This document shows, piece by piece, positions 1 through 15,000 of a stretch of DNA of 64,000 nt. Under the pieces are notes generated by a model, which was not told where the DNA came from, ran no database searches, and was given only the letters and a program-made list of their open reading frames with translations. The position numbers and the translations under genes were made by a program. The DNA lies in NCBI GenBank assembly GCA_030141605.1, contig JAQGDQ010000132.1, positions 1 to 64,000 of the forward strand. The letters run 5' to 3'. How positions within the stretch are numbered: the stretch's first letter is position 1; every line of letters begins with the position of its first letter. The DNA is from Tubiluchus corallicola. Taxonomy: Eukaryota; Animalia; Priapulida.

Positions 1-64
1 AAAAATGAGATACAGTTAAAGACCCATCAGTTGCATCCTGTATTACAGCGGCTAAAAAACTTAC

Positions 65-3000
65 GACATTTTTCCTAATTTCCGTTTTTCATCTTGTACA
101 ATTTTGGCTACAGTTGGATCAGCAGTGTTTCTTCCTTTGATGAAGCAACCACAAAGAGCTCTGTAAAAATTACGTTAAATTGTCACCTCAAATATGTGAT
201 CTTCCCAGCATGCAGGCAAGGGAGTTCTACTTATTAGTATAAAAATGGTGCCCATGCAGTTTTACAAATAAAAAGAAGATAGGTAATTAGGTAATTAACA
301 AATGTCTGACAACAGAAATCAATTTGGCTAGATCTTTTAATGAATCTCAAATGATATTCTTAAGCTGCTTACATGTCGCGGACTTGGTTTGACAGATTAA
401 GATGAATATAATTATTTAATATTTATATTCCAAAGCTGCACGGCATATTAAGACAGTCGCATTTAATCAATGATAACCAACAAAAATGGAAATGATAACA
501 GCATCGCGACGATGACGATGGCGTTAAATACCCTATCCATAACATTAGCCTTAACCCTAACACTAATCCTAATCCTAACCCTAATCCTAATCCGCTTCAC
601 GAACTAATTTCTTGTGTGTGGAGAATTGTAAACCTTAGGCCAAATTTTGTTAAAATCGTGTAGCGATAGGTGTTTGTAATGAAACTATCATTGAGGCTCC
701 ATCAAGTAGATCCCTCATCACAACATTATACAACTTACTGCCATCCCAAAAAGTTCAGCTGAAGCCAGCACCATAGAATAAACAACATCAAGATTGATAT
801 TGGAATAGCGTAAGCAAACCAGCTTGCGAAATTAACCCCAGCTTCAGATCCATAATAACTGAAAAATTGAAAACAGCTTATTAATCTCTTCATTAAATCC
901 GTTGTTTATTATTACGAAATTTTTGTTAGCAGTGTAAAGAAGGTAACTGTTACAAATATTGACAACAATTGTAAAAGTTGGCATACGAGTCGTTTAAAAT
1001 TTATTTATTAGTTGGCCAAAGTGTGTGTTCAGCTACTAAAGTTAAGCACAACCAGACCTACGCAGCAAATTTTTTTTATCAATTGCAAATATGATAAAAC
1101 GTGTATGTAAGATGCGTATTAACCAATTCTGTTATCATTTTGGTAGACGTATCCTGTGGCGAAATTTACAATTACATAAATGATTTTCCAGTCCACCCAT
1201 TGTGTGCTCATGAATATTTGGGCGAAGCTTTAGTAAAGCAGAGTCGTATATTACTGTTCCCTATATGCGTATAGATGTATTGATTTTCTTCAGTTGAAAT
1301 TAAACTCATCACACTTTTTATTTTTTCAATCGCCCGTCATTTTGACAAGATTGGCTTTACCACAGCTGACAATGGTGATAAAAAGTTAGAAACTACTTAC
1401 GCGTCCACTAGGTTGGCCATCACCAAGTTGGGAGGACTTCCGGTCAACGTGGCGGTCCCTCCAACAGCTGCCCCGTAGCAGATGCACAGCAGTAGACCAC
1501 GTGCCAACTTTTGATCTGCTTCATCTTTTTCGAAATCTATCCCTGGTCTCAGCGGCCTTTAAATAGGAAATATTCATGCTGTACCAATCAAACAAGATTT
1601 CATAAGAACCACAAAAAATAGGGGCCTACCTATATAGGGTTTTATGGTGGCCCACCGTGAAACAGTCAAAATTTAAATATTTTGATTTATCAAACGTAAA
1701 AGATGAATGTTTGCTACATTTTCATTTAGTAACTACTTTTGACGTAGCAACGTAGAGCAGGAATTATGTATAGAAAAATATCACACAAAGAAACGATTGA
1801 GTACGGGTTTACATGCGACATTTTTGTTATAAAGAAAACGATAAACCCAATCTTTTTTCGCATCTATGACGTTCATCTCATCCCCTTCTCGTTTAAAGGC
1901 TTAAAAGCCTTACACAAGCAATTTTAGTAGTGCCATTCAATATCTTCACTAACATTTTTGGACAACCCGTACAGAAGATGCTAACTTTCTGACCACCCAG
2001 TTCAAATTCAAGTTTAAGCAAGAAGGAAAGAGGTAGAACAGGTAACAATATCAATTATATAAACCATACTATGATGATTATAACTGTAAATAATTGAATA
2101 ATATGTAAGAATAATCAGAATTGTTTTCCCGAAAAAATGGCAAAAGTGGTTGATCAAGAATTACTACTGGACCTAAACTCGTGTGCTCGTAAGGAGTGAC
2201 TCCAATAAATTTGGGAGTAGAGGAAACTTTGAGAAAACATTTTGTAGCATTTTGTACAAGATCGATAGAGCCAAGACGTGGCCCAAGACGCAACACCTGA
2301 TTATATAGCGAATGAATACTTACCTCACTGAAATTATTGTGAAATGCAAAGTTAATTCACAAAATTGTTTGTCAAAAACTGTGAAATCTGTGAGAATTAA
2401 TATGCTATTGATCAAGCAACTAGTCGTGTTGATTAATAAAGTTCATTTTTGCAATAAATTGTGCAGGTAAAGTAAAAAAAATCAGTATTAAAACAACGTT
2501 ACTTAGGCACGATAAGTTTCAGTGTCAGTATTATAGCGTGTAGTTTCAATACTTTGTTTACGAAAATACTCACAAACGCTTAAATATGTCTGTAAGATTA
2601 AGAAATTAAAGCTAATAGGAAAACGACATGTTTTATGAATGCAGTTAAGCTTTATAACACGTTAAACATGGATTTTCCGTATTTGCAGGGAGCCATCCGG
2701 ATTAAACATGCACAACTCGGGACATCTATTGCCTCTAAATTAAACATTTTTGGATCCGGCACGAAGTGTGAGATTCCTGAATCTTGGTCACATTGTTGTT
2801 GTCACATTTATCTTTGAAACCCATCATAGGTTTCATAGCAGGATGCAAAAATTTTGCACGAAGATTCTACGGAGCATTGAGCAGACCGTAGTGGAGCCCG
2901 ATTTTTCACTTTCCCAATGTGGCTCTCAAATGTGCGCCCATTAAATTGATTTGCCCTATACATTGTTGGGTTTCTTTCTTTCTAACGTATGAATGAATCT

Positions 3001-6000
3001 GTATCGACAGTGCGTATTCTAAATTTTTTATGAAAAAATGGATTTTACGACAATGGTAAATGCTTCCAAAGATTTTCTTATGAAAACCATTAACTTTTCA
3101 AGAAATAAAAATGTGGACGTGCCGGATCCAAGCACATTAGTGCTTCCATTCTAATTAACATTCATTACCAGCGTTTTGTACCGCAACCAACGAACATGTT
3201 TTTGTAAAAAAGTGTGAACTTTCAATAGGATATTACAATAGTCAGCTGTGTATTGGGGCGAATTATTGTAGGTGTGAGCGGAGCCATTGTATGGTTGGTT
3301 TTCACAATTGTTCATAAAATTCTACTTATCGTTTGTGTATAAAAACATTGCACAATTATTTGCACGTGACTGCACAATGCTGTGTGAAGTATAATGTTCA
3401 TAAAATTCAAAGATTATTTTTTACAGGCGTGTAAATCCACAGCAACACAATGTTGGCCCAAAAGAAGTAGACAGTTGAGAAAACAAATTAAGAGGAAAAG
3501 ACATGTACAAAAATAGCCCATGCACATGCTAACCCATGCATATGTTAACTCATGCACATGCTAACGAGATCCAAACCTGATTCCTACATGCTCCCGAGGT
3601 AAAAGACTCCTAAAAAGCAATAGATATAAGTTTAGGAAAAGCTAAAACTATAATCTATAGAGCGAGAGAAAAGCCATTGCCCGGCAAAAAATAGTTTAAT
3701 CCTTTGCATAAAAGCCGTTACTATGCTAAAACGAAACAGGCGTAACATGGACAGTATAAGTTGCCCGTAGACGTACATAGTCAGTTCTCATAATGATGAT
3801 GAACAAATTAAATGATTTCACTTTTAGCAAAATTAAGACACAGTTGTGCCTCTGGCATTCTTATACGACACAAACATTTCGCCTATACATTACTACTATT
3901 GTAAATACATTTTTTGCATGTTAGCAGGCGGCGTTCATTATTTCCTGTTAATTCAACTTGTCTCACAACCCCTAGACAGTGTTTTTGAACACTAGCACTT
4001 GCGTAAAGCCTACAAGAGTACTGTGGCACCTGAACAATTCGTGGCCATTGACTTTTCATGTCGACTGCGTCTACTATACATATATCATAACATCGACGAT
4101 TTAAAATTTGCCATTACCTACAGATTAACAGGAACAACAATTTCGAACCCATTTACCTACAGACTCTATAGTATAAATTTGCCATCCACCCTAACTAGAA
4201 CTGTACAAAACGACTTGTTATTTTGACAACGATTTGATACAAGAGTTGATACAACTGTGGTTCAAATGGTGTCACATTTCTAAACTTTTCACGCCACGAA
4301 AAACAAACTCAATATTCCAATAAATGCAAAGCATACGTTGTTTCATCAGGATCTTCGAGGATGCTCTCCTGCTCTGAAGTTGGCCTCCACGACCTCTTTT
4401 CCGTATCATGTCTTCTAAATAAAAGTACAGCAGCAGAGGATGTTAGTTAGCGAGATTTCACTTCAAAGCATGAACACAATTTGAATTAATTTAAATGCAG
4501 TTATGTTCTGTAGCACATTCATTTTCAGTATACTCAAGAGAGTAAATTTTGTCAAAACTTTTAGCTTTAACATTAAATTTTGAGAATTTAATGTAATGAA
4601 TTCAAGATTAACGCCTTAATGTGTCACAGTCATAAGCAATAATGCTTGACCGGTAACCAGACATGACTGCATTAACACTCTCGCGTAATTTCAGTTTACA
4701 CAAGCAATTCCAAAGCTAATAATCAGCTGTCATGCATTTTATTCTGCAAGACAAGCTAACTACGTTTCAATAGGTTGTCACCTTCAACGTAACGTAAGAT
4801 CAGAAGTTAAAGAATCAGATTGGGCGCGTCAAAGTCTATAAGCATTAGTCTTCGTTCGCTGTGTATAGCAAGCTAAAAGTAAGAAGCTGTAAATATCTCA
4901 CATGCAGTAAACGTAAAATTACCTGTTCGGTTGCTCAGGATCCACTTCACCTGAATGAGACAACGACATTTCAACCATTTCGCCATCTTGATCAACAACT
5001 GACTTGTATTCAGGTGGTGGTTTCTCTAAAAATAACTATTTCATAACTTACAATTCAAACACAGATTTTACATTTGATGGCATTTTGATAAAAGTAACCT
5101 CTTTTATCGCTACTCAGTTTTGTGGACCTCTACTGAGTCTCCTCTCTGGTTTCTAAACGTCGACAAACAGTTGTTCATAGTGCTCGCGTTTCTGCTGCTT
5201 CTCATAGGCTTATTCAAGACATTCCTAGATGTTGGTCAAATGGCTATGAACTCATTTTTACCCTGATTTCTTATATCCGGAATTCGCTTTTAGAAAATTG
5301 TTTCCCTAAAAACTAGAATCTTAATCGATTCAAGAGGAATATCAACGATACCTTATTTCAGTAACAAATTAGCTACATAGATTCTATTTCTCTGGACTGA
5401 TTTCCGAGGCCTCATTTCACTTCTCTTGTATAACCCCACCTTGAGCAGAACGACCTTGGTTTGGGGTAATTTGTATAAAAAATAGATACTAAAGTTAAAA
5501 GGACAAATAATTAAGCAAGAGTTAATGCAATGCGTGAAGACTAGTACGAGTTACCTTTGTTTTCCATCATTTTTTGATGTCGTAAAGTAATTAGCTGGTT
5601 AATTAAAGCTTCAGCTATTGGCACCATCATCGCGGACGCTGCAGTATTACTTATCCACATGGATAACAGGAAAGTTGTCAACATAATTCCTAACATTAAC
5701 CTGAAATAGAAAACATTTCTTAATTTTAAGCTAAATATTTTCCAACAAATAAGTTATTTTTATACAGTTTAGCGCAACACAAGCCAGCGTGTGTTTAATA
5801 TAGATGATTGCGACGGGACCGAAACTTGTCTCTTTATTAAGAATGATCCGCTAAGGTGAAATACCGAATCGGCAGACACATATTAGTCATGTATGTTCGG
5901 AATTACATGTAAACATCTTCCCACGTTTTAAGAATGAAATCGACTGATTGGGTATCGACCCCAGTCAGTTACCAACCATTCGCTGACCAGCTTCAGTGGT

Positions 6001-9000
6001 ACTGAACTTCAGTCACCAAGCATGCCGCCTTGACCACTCAGCTAAATACCCCAAATTGCCAAATACGCTTATCACTAGCACCTAGTACGACCATATTATC
6101 GCGAATACTAAAGTCCAATTCTATAGCTTAGTCTGGTGTGCTTAAAAAAGTTCCGCCAAAATCAACAATTACTTTACAACGTTAAGACAACACAAAGAGG
6201 TTCTCAACTGTGTACACTTTCCGGGCGCTTCTTTCATATAGCGTAATAAGTCAGGGCAGCGCGATAGTGTTTTTATTTCACCATTCATTATTCAAACTGT
6301 GATACAATAAGCGCAATTATAGTAAAACCTGCTCAGATTTGCAACTGTGGATTTTCGGGAGGTTTTCTCTCATTGTATCTATCTAGCCAAGTTCAATTAT
6401 TGGTATTTATATAACTGTGTAGTTAATCCTAAAAGCAATAACCACTGAGTACCAAGCTGCCTACTTAACAATAAGGACAAGTCGCTTAGCATGTTAGATT
6501 TATTTTACTGTTATCACTTGAACTTAGAAAACTATAAAAAAGAAATCTCCAAAAAACTGTCTATAAAGTTAATTTATTCCATCGTTATATAGAAATTTTC
6601 AAGCGCGGTGGTAGCAACCATTCACTTGAAAATTATGACGTAACTGGTGGACTTCGTGACAATTTGTACGCACATCGTGGCTTACCGCAATCCCGCACAG
6701 CTTAAACTAAACTTCTGCAACTTACCTAAATTGTTCATGTAAAAAAATACAAAATTAGCTGTTTAATTTTTTGTAAAACTTAAAACTTTTTAAAAAACTT
6801 TAAAAACTACTTTAGACATGTTGATGAATGACGTCATTGGTGGAAGAATTGGCATTCAAAATAGGAGCGCTCAAGCGTGAAATAATCACAATTCTAAAGT
6901 AATTTTTTAATTACACAAGGTCTTATCGCCTTTTTACTACTAAATCCTTAACATTTTTCCCGTAGGTTGAAATAAGCTCAACTTCTCAGAAGGTTCGGAC
7001 TTTCCTTTAAGCAAACTGTTGGTTGTGGTGCTTGGACCATACTAATGTCAGAATTCAGTTATATTAAACCAGCCTTACAAAATTATTCCTAGGAACTTAA
7101 AAACAGGTACACAATCCATAGAAAATGCAGACAATACTAAAAATAGACGCAGCCACCAATATTTGCAACAATTAGGCTCTATAATAATAGAATTTTAAAG
7201 ACATAAGATTCATACCATCTGGGTTTTGAACCCACTAATGTCATCACATTTACGGCTATCCGCCTATGCAAATTTCTGTGTTCTATTGCTATGGCAACCA
7301 TTAAACCACCTATGAACAACATATTGGTATCCTGAAAAATCGAACAATTATCTATTATAATATAGCTGTAGTCCACCTCTATGAAGCATTTAACAAGACA
7401 GAAGGCATATAAATAAAGCAATTTTTGAAGGTGTTCGGAATAACGACGATGATTCGTGTCAAGACTATTCTTGGCATAGGTCCCAAATAAAACAACCAAT
7501 TCAACGATCTATGTTAAGCTGACTGCAGTCCTTAATATTTTATCTTTATGCTTTGTCATATTATGTCCAAGTGTAAATAGATGAAGTAACATTTTAATCA
7601 TTTCGTGGAAATATATTTTTTGCGGAAAGGCAAACTGTAACGTGATAGCAAGAACTCACCAATGACATGCATAGAAATTTTAAAAAGTTTGCAACCGTAA
7701 AGATGGTGTATTTACAACTTTTGATTCTTTGGTTTAACTTTGCCTTGGTTTAACTTTGATGTAACATCTTTAAATAATAAAATAGCTTGTAACTGGAGAA
7801 CTTAAACAATAAAGAGCTTTAGCATTTTCGTTCACCAATACCGCAATTTCTGTATCTCGGCGTCAACCATTTTACACTTCCTGTCATAGTTAGTGGCATT
7901 TTCTGCATACTGAGCACATTTTTAATTGGCTAAACTAAACTTAAGATAAGTACGTTTACTCAACTTGACTTTGTTAATTGGCTAATTCATACCTTGAGAT
8001 ACTGTGAAGCTACGATTTTTGAATCTAGTACACCCATAAGTGGAAAGAGAACGGCTGGCAGTAGAGCGGTTACTCCTAGAGGAAGTACTTCCGTCATCCA
8101 ATAGAAAGCCATCACCAAAATTACATACGCACATTTTGCTTCCTAAAAAACAAAAAAAACGTGTACAAAAAATTGCTTCACTAATTGGACAAATGAAACA
8201 CCTCATTAAGCAACTGGTTTATCTTATTAAATCTTGTCTATTTGTCTTCTTGTTTGTCCGATCTGACATCATTTGTAAGGTAGGCAATTTATTTCTTGCA
8301 CGTTTCAATCTCAAAGTAAACTTTAAAACTAAACAAAGGATAGAAACCATGTAAAATTCATTTAAAATACAACAGAACACTAAGATCTGTCAGAAATTAT
8401 TTATAAGTTTTGCTGTACTTTAAATAAATTTGCATGATTTTTATTCCTAGTCCAATTTAATTTAATTGTAAGATACTCTAACTACTTCTTCGTTTAGTTC
8501 AATTACAAAAATTTAACAATTTTATAGGTGCTGAGAGTAGCGCTGTCAACAGTACTAGCAGGTAAATGCATATTACAGAGCATGAGGACATTATTGCACG
8601 TGTGGACATCTATTGGCAAAAAGAGAAAGCAGTAGGCCCTATAACTAGGCCCTCTCTAACTCTTGTAAAATTCATTTGGAGAGACCAAGGTGAAAATGTA
8701 TTAACCTCACTGGTAAGAATAATGAACATCTGATTCTTGACCATACTGGTCTGTTTAATGATGCGTTACTGAAAATGTTAAAGAAAAGTATTTAAGTTTC
8801 TCCCACACAAAGTAAGATTAATTGTACCCTTTTCAAGAACAAATTTTCATTTGTTCCCATCCCACTTCAATCAAAGCATTTAACTGTAGCTAAACTCTTA
8901 ACATTTTCCATTTTTTTCCTTTTTAAGCTTTATTTCAATTATACGATTTAGATTTATATGTACAGTTGCGAATTTGCTGCGCTAATTGCTTTTAACTAAT

Positions 9001-12000
9001 GGGTGCAAAGCTGAAACGGCAAATTTAAATTTCATGTATATCACGTACAGTATATATGAGCAATGAAAATGTCTTACTTAGATTTCTTTCAAAAAAAACC
9101 ATAACAAAAACATCAAAATATCATTTTGTTAGGTGAAGTTATTGTCGCAGATAAGTTGCAGATTTTAGTGGTTTTTATGTGTTATATGGTAATTTCACAT
9201 GATGAAATAAAAAAGTGAAGTAAATTGAATTAATATGAATTAAATTGTCACCACAGGACTAGTTTTCTGAGGTTATATACAGCTTAATTAGGTGTTTTGG
9301 TACATTCTAATTGCGCACTTGACATAAAACAAAAGTTACTTCATATAAAAGGTCCAATAAATCATACAGCTAGTGCGAAGGGATTTATAGCTTCTTAACT
9401 GATGCAACAAAGAGGTTCCTTTAAGTAAGCAATAACGGGTGCCTTTTGACCAGGTAATAAGACATTAGCCCAGCCAGAAAGAAGAGAGGTGTTAAAAGAC
9501 GGTGTACCTTGTATTATCCCATTTGCTGCCACAACAAACAAGAATCCAATTATTAGTACCTATCATTACTAGGGATGACGAAGTGTGTCATAAATGGTGT
9601 TAAAGAGCAATGTAATCTTGAACGTGTCTAGCAATGTGCTGGTAAGGATTATTGATTTTTATATCCCTTTTATAGGTTCTGACAACAAGCACCTATATGA
9701 AGTAGAAACTGATAAATAGACGTAATATTCTTTCTTCATACAACATTTGCAACATTTCTTTTTCTGTTGTAGCATATGTAAGTATGTAATTATTTTCCAT
9801 AATGACATATTTTCAATTACTGGAGAATGGTAGACTACATATTTTTCTCTTAGAAAAATACTTACTGACAAATTGTAAAATTAACATCATATAGGAGTAA
9901 AAATATTTTTTTTTCTGAAAAGAGCATTTTTATTATATCGTGAATCGAATCAAGAACTTAATAATGTGAAATAATAAAAATGTCAATGGTATTCATTAAA
10001 AACTAATTCGGAATAACCAGTCAAATGTAAATGTAAAGGTAAGTAAATGTTATAGTTAAAGACAGTAAGGAAGGATTTTGGGATTGTTATTACTAGCTTT
10101 TTTATTCTCCAAACGTTGAGGTTTACGATGACCGTTTTGCGCATGTACAGAGCCATAGTACATGAACATAAAATGCCTGTCAAAATGAGAATTTAATAGA
10201 AAAGTATTAATGTTTATCATAGTTAATCGGAAAATGTCTGCGCTTCTTCTTGGAAGATGACAACTCCAACGCAAAAAACCTCTGGCAGAGCTTATTACGT
10301 AAAATTTAAGTTTATTAATATTTTATTGGCTTGTGAAATGTCTCAAGTTGTGGTTACAAAAACCGTACGTAACTTCTTGTGAAATCAACTTAGACATGTG
10401 GCCTCCTCTTTTTGCAAAACATTCTTGTGTGTACGATACGGAAGTGGGCAGCTTTACACCGACCATGAACTTTGTTCACTAGAACTGTATTTTATGTCAT
10501 CCTAAAATATAAGACACTGTCACACTGTACAGGTCATGACTTCATATCTCCATCAAACTAATTTTGGAGAGAAAAAGAAATAACGTGCTGCTTAAAATTG
10601 CAGCTAAAACTCTTCAGACTCCGTTAAATTCCTTGGTTGTTGTGTTCCGTTCAAAATTAATTCACTATAAGCGCTAATTAAAGATTAATCAAACTTCGGT
10701 TGTTTGCTGATGCTGGCAGAAAATCGTTTTTGACACTTTGTTTATGTTAAAGTTACGTTCGCGTTATACTACGGGTGCTACGGGTGCATAGCCACACCTG
10801 AACAAATTAAGTACATTTCTATTAAAAACTCATTTTAACAGGCATTTCATATTCATGTACTATGGTTCCGCACTTACGCAATACAGTCTTCGTAAAATGT
10901 GACGTTTGGACAATAAAAATGCTAATAATAGCAATGCCAAAAGCCTTGCCCATTGTTTCTAACTGTTACGTTTATTTACATTTACATTTACACAACATTT
11001 ACATTTGAGTATCTTGCCCTTCTTGAAGCAAAGAATATAATCCAAATAAAAAATTAACACGTGTAACGCGTATGATCAGATATATGCTTCTTATCATACA
11101 AATTCTTCGAAGAAAATTCAGTCTAACGATAATGAATTTGTAGACTAGTCAGAGAAAAAGGTGCAAGGTGAAAGTTGAAGTCCTCTTAGAAAATAAAATC
11201 TGTAGAAAAGTTTGGTGCAAGAAAAATTATGTCATTGTTTCAAAACGTTAACTGTGCCTGTGAGCAATTTCATAGTGACTTAGTAGTGCTTTTCGTCAGT
11301 TTGCTGGATCAGTTATTTAATAGCATTTATTTTTTATCATCAGTGAAGCCATTTACGTTTGTTTTCTTTCAATAATGAAGCCATTCACTGCACGTTTGTT
11401 TTCTGTCATTAACGAAGCCATTCACTGCACGTTTGTTTTCTATCATTAATGAAGCCATTTGCTACACGTTTGTTTTTTATTTGCTGTCATTTTTGCCAAC
11501 GCCTTAATTAGAGGCTTCCAGCAAAAATAAGTACAGTCATTTCACAGAACTAAACCAAGAAGCAAAGCAGGGTTTACGCCACAATTAACTTTAATCTTTC
11601 GCCTTGTTTTTATTAATTTCCTGATAATTTTTCTAATTAAATTGCAATCGAAACCTGCCTTGATTGACACATTTACGCAAAAAACTCAAAGTGATCTTAT
11701 TTCTATAACGTTTAGTCCAGGGTCTAAACAACGGAACATAGTTCTTGGTCTGTCAGACGAACTCAATTTTTAAACGGTTGAAGTTAGGTCAGCCAAGAAG
11801 TAAGAAAGCGTTTGCTCTTGAATCGAACAGGAAATCAGTTAGTGCATAAAAATACAACATCCGGTATTTGATTTACTATAACCACACCAGTAAAAATACA
11901 GTAATAGACAGCGATACCATAACATTTAGTGTTACAGAAATTGAGCCTGCTCAAATAGGGTTACGCTTGCTAGGAGTGAGCATCGTACGTTCGAGTTCGA

Positions 12001-15000
12001 ATTCGATTCGAACCTAAAATTCTATAATTTTCGATAAAATTCTATAAGATTCTATAAGATACTATAAAATTCTATAAGATTCGAATAATACAGCACTTCA
12101 ACCATGTATGCTCTTTATCAATAAAACGTTTGAACTATCATGCTACTAGCACGATTTAGCTGCGATTTCTCTGCACAATTTTTAAACAAATGATTTTTTC
12201 CTGCAGAACAAAATCGAGTAATGTGCATGATCTTTGTAAGACTGCTTTTTACTGATGGCTCGAAAACTAGTCGAAAACCTTTCAAACTCAATTCGAAATC
12301 GATTCGAATTCGAAAATCACAAATTCAATTTGATTCGAATTCGCTTTCGGTAGAGAGTGCTCACTCCTAATGCTCACGGAGACCTGAAAATGATAATGAT
12401 TAAAACTTTTCCTAGCTAACTAACTTAAAAATTAGTTTCTTCTGTTTTTCTTTTAAATGCAGTTTGCTCGTAACACGGTACCACACAGTGCGTTTGTGGG
12501 ACAGCTGGTGACCTTGAATTTCACTCTAACCCTATCCACCCGAATAATCTATTGTTGAAATTAGAATACTGCCTCGGGTGATTAGAATTAAGAGTGCTAA
12601 CTGTTTAAACATACTTTACCTCTTTGTCTAACATTTGACCAGTGGGCAGCTGGCAGCATGGACAAATGACAGTAAATTTGACAATGTCATAGCTTGTTGT
12701 ATAGGAAGTAACTGTATCGACTGCACGTATAATGTTGGCCTGAATGCACACTGCCTGTTTCACTGCAACATCTTTATAACATAACTAATGTTCACTCATA
12801 TAAACTGCTCATATTTGTTCTTATATTGTTCGTTTTTTCATATACGTTATGCGCATATAGCATCTTGCTTAAATGAAGTTTAGTTTAATGTTGCAAACTC
12901 GTTAACTCAACTAAAATTTGTAAAAAAAAGGGGATACCAAGTTTACAATGAATAAATGTTTAGTGTTTCAATGCAGTCAGTAAAAAGTTTATTCTAAAAT
13001 GCCAGAAACCTTGAACAATATGATTGATATCGACTACTTTTTATTTTTTATTTATATATTTGATTTCACATTCGTTTAAAAAGATACATTAAAATAAACT
13101 ATAAAACAATGAAAGCATGAATGTGGGAGAGACGAAAAGAGACAAGCTGCTTACATACACCTATCGTAGACAAACCATTTATGAAAATTGAAAAAAACTT
13201 CAATCTATTTTTTGAAAAGTTTAGAATTGCCTGCAATGACCAAAGTGCATCACTTACTGAACTGGGTAGGGAATTCCATACTTGAATAACACGGTTGGAG
13301 AAGAAAAATCCATCCATTTTTATTCGTTCTAAAACATACAGCTTGAGACTATGGTTGCTTCGTGTCCTATCAGTGAGTGCTCTTGTAAAAAAAAATTCGC
13401 GATTTAAATCAACATCCCTATGAATTATTTTGCAGCACACGCTCCACTTTTGCTGTAATACGCCTATTATGCTGTTAATGACAGCATGCTGAATTTATAT
13501 TTGTATGTTAATTCCCCCTGAATGGCCGCTAGCGTGTTTTGCCTTTAATTTTACAGAACTATATTTCTATACTGGCACCACAAAAATCTTAAATTTCATT
13601 ATTTTATTTAAATCGTCCCAAACAGGCCAATGGCCCACTCAAGGTGAAGAGAGTAAAAAGGTAAAACTGTAAATAAAATAAAACTCACAACTAATTTGTT
13701 AGTTATTGTGATAATTTGTTTTTTAAAAATCTCTCTTCTTACTATCAGTTGAGCGTGAATGTAAGGTAGAAGTTCAGGGCAACTTGGCGTTTTTAATGCA
13801 GCTATGTTCCTGTTGTCAAAATTGTCCAATAGAAATGTGATAGAGAAATAAGAAGAGGAAGCAGAGGCAAATCGGAAGAAGTTATAAATCGACACATTTT
13901 ACCACACCTGTGTCTGTACATTCCACGCAGTCTGATCCAGGTAAGCATAGGTAGGTCAGTATAAGCTTCTTTCAGGTGGTAGCAATAATTTCGGTAGTGG
14001 GCGTCTCTTTAAGACCTATAGACTTAGTAGCGAGTTGAAACTTATTTACTGGTTTGATGTTTGCGAATTTTATAACCGCTACGAATAATGTTCGGACAGC
14101 CAGCCTCAGTATGCAAATCCTTATCTTTCACCCAAATATAACTATATTTGATCTCATCGAAAGCCATTAATACTAATAGTGCGTATGATGTATGTACAAA
14201 TGGTAATGCTGATACGTACAGACCGCCATTTCGATTTATCAGTAAGATTAATGTAGACCGACCATTAATACAATATTATGACCACTCTTTGTTGAATAAA
14301 TATTTAACTTAAGACAATACTAAATTCTGTTTAGGCTGCTTACTGTGCTTAGCCTGTTTATTTAAATAGGAATATGTGAATTTTTTGACAGTCAGTAAAA
14401 TTATTTATTTGCAGAACTTCCCTACACCATATTTTATATTAAAGACAGTTAAATGTATAAATTAGAAGCTGTGGTTTCACTGCTGCAAAAATCACACAAA
14501 ATAAGTACATTGTTGCATTATACAGGCTTATCAAAGTACGATCAGATTCTGAAAATCTCTGCCTCTATATCATCAGTGGTAGAGCTGGGACATAGTGTTC
14601 ACGTTGTAAAGAGAAAGGGAGGAGAACATAAGGAAAAGGAGAGGCTGCAAGAAAGATTAATTATACGAAATTTATTATTCAGTTGTTTTAAATCCGGTGT
14701 ATCGAACTCTTTGATACAGCCAGGACCTAAATTCCAGACACCTTTACCTATTCTTAGTTATTATACAAACCTGGGTCATGCTGGTAACGAGCCACAAAAT
14801 TAGGAACTTTTGCTGGCCATGTGCATTATAAATCAATCGGAATCCAAAATCATGCATCAGGGTTCATGGGTCAGCAATCGGGATACCTTTACCGGGTTTG
14901 ATGTCCAATTGGGTCCTTTGGAAACTGGAGACACTAACAAAATCGGCGCACAATGTACAGTCTTGCCAAATTATGCCGTTTTGCTGCGTCAGGCAATTTT

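Noticed and set aside
548-592. Interstitial telomere or chromosome fusion scar
   Set aside because: Short, degenerate, single orientation; such tracts are common inside small invertebrate repeats
5099-5152. Candidate extra SLC13 exon with AG/GT flanks
   Set aside because: Stops in all three frames before the donor; the 4923-4950 microexon resolves the frame cleanly
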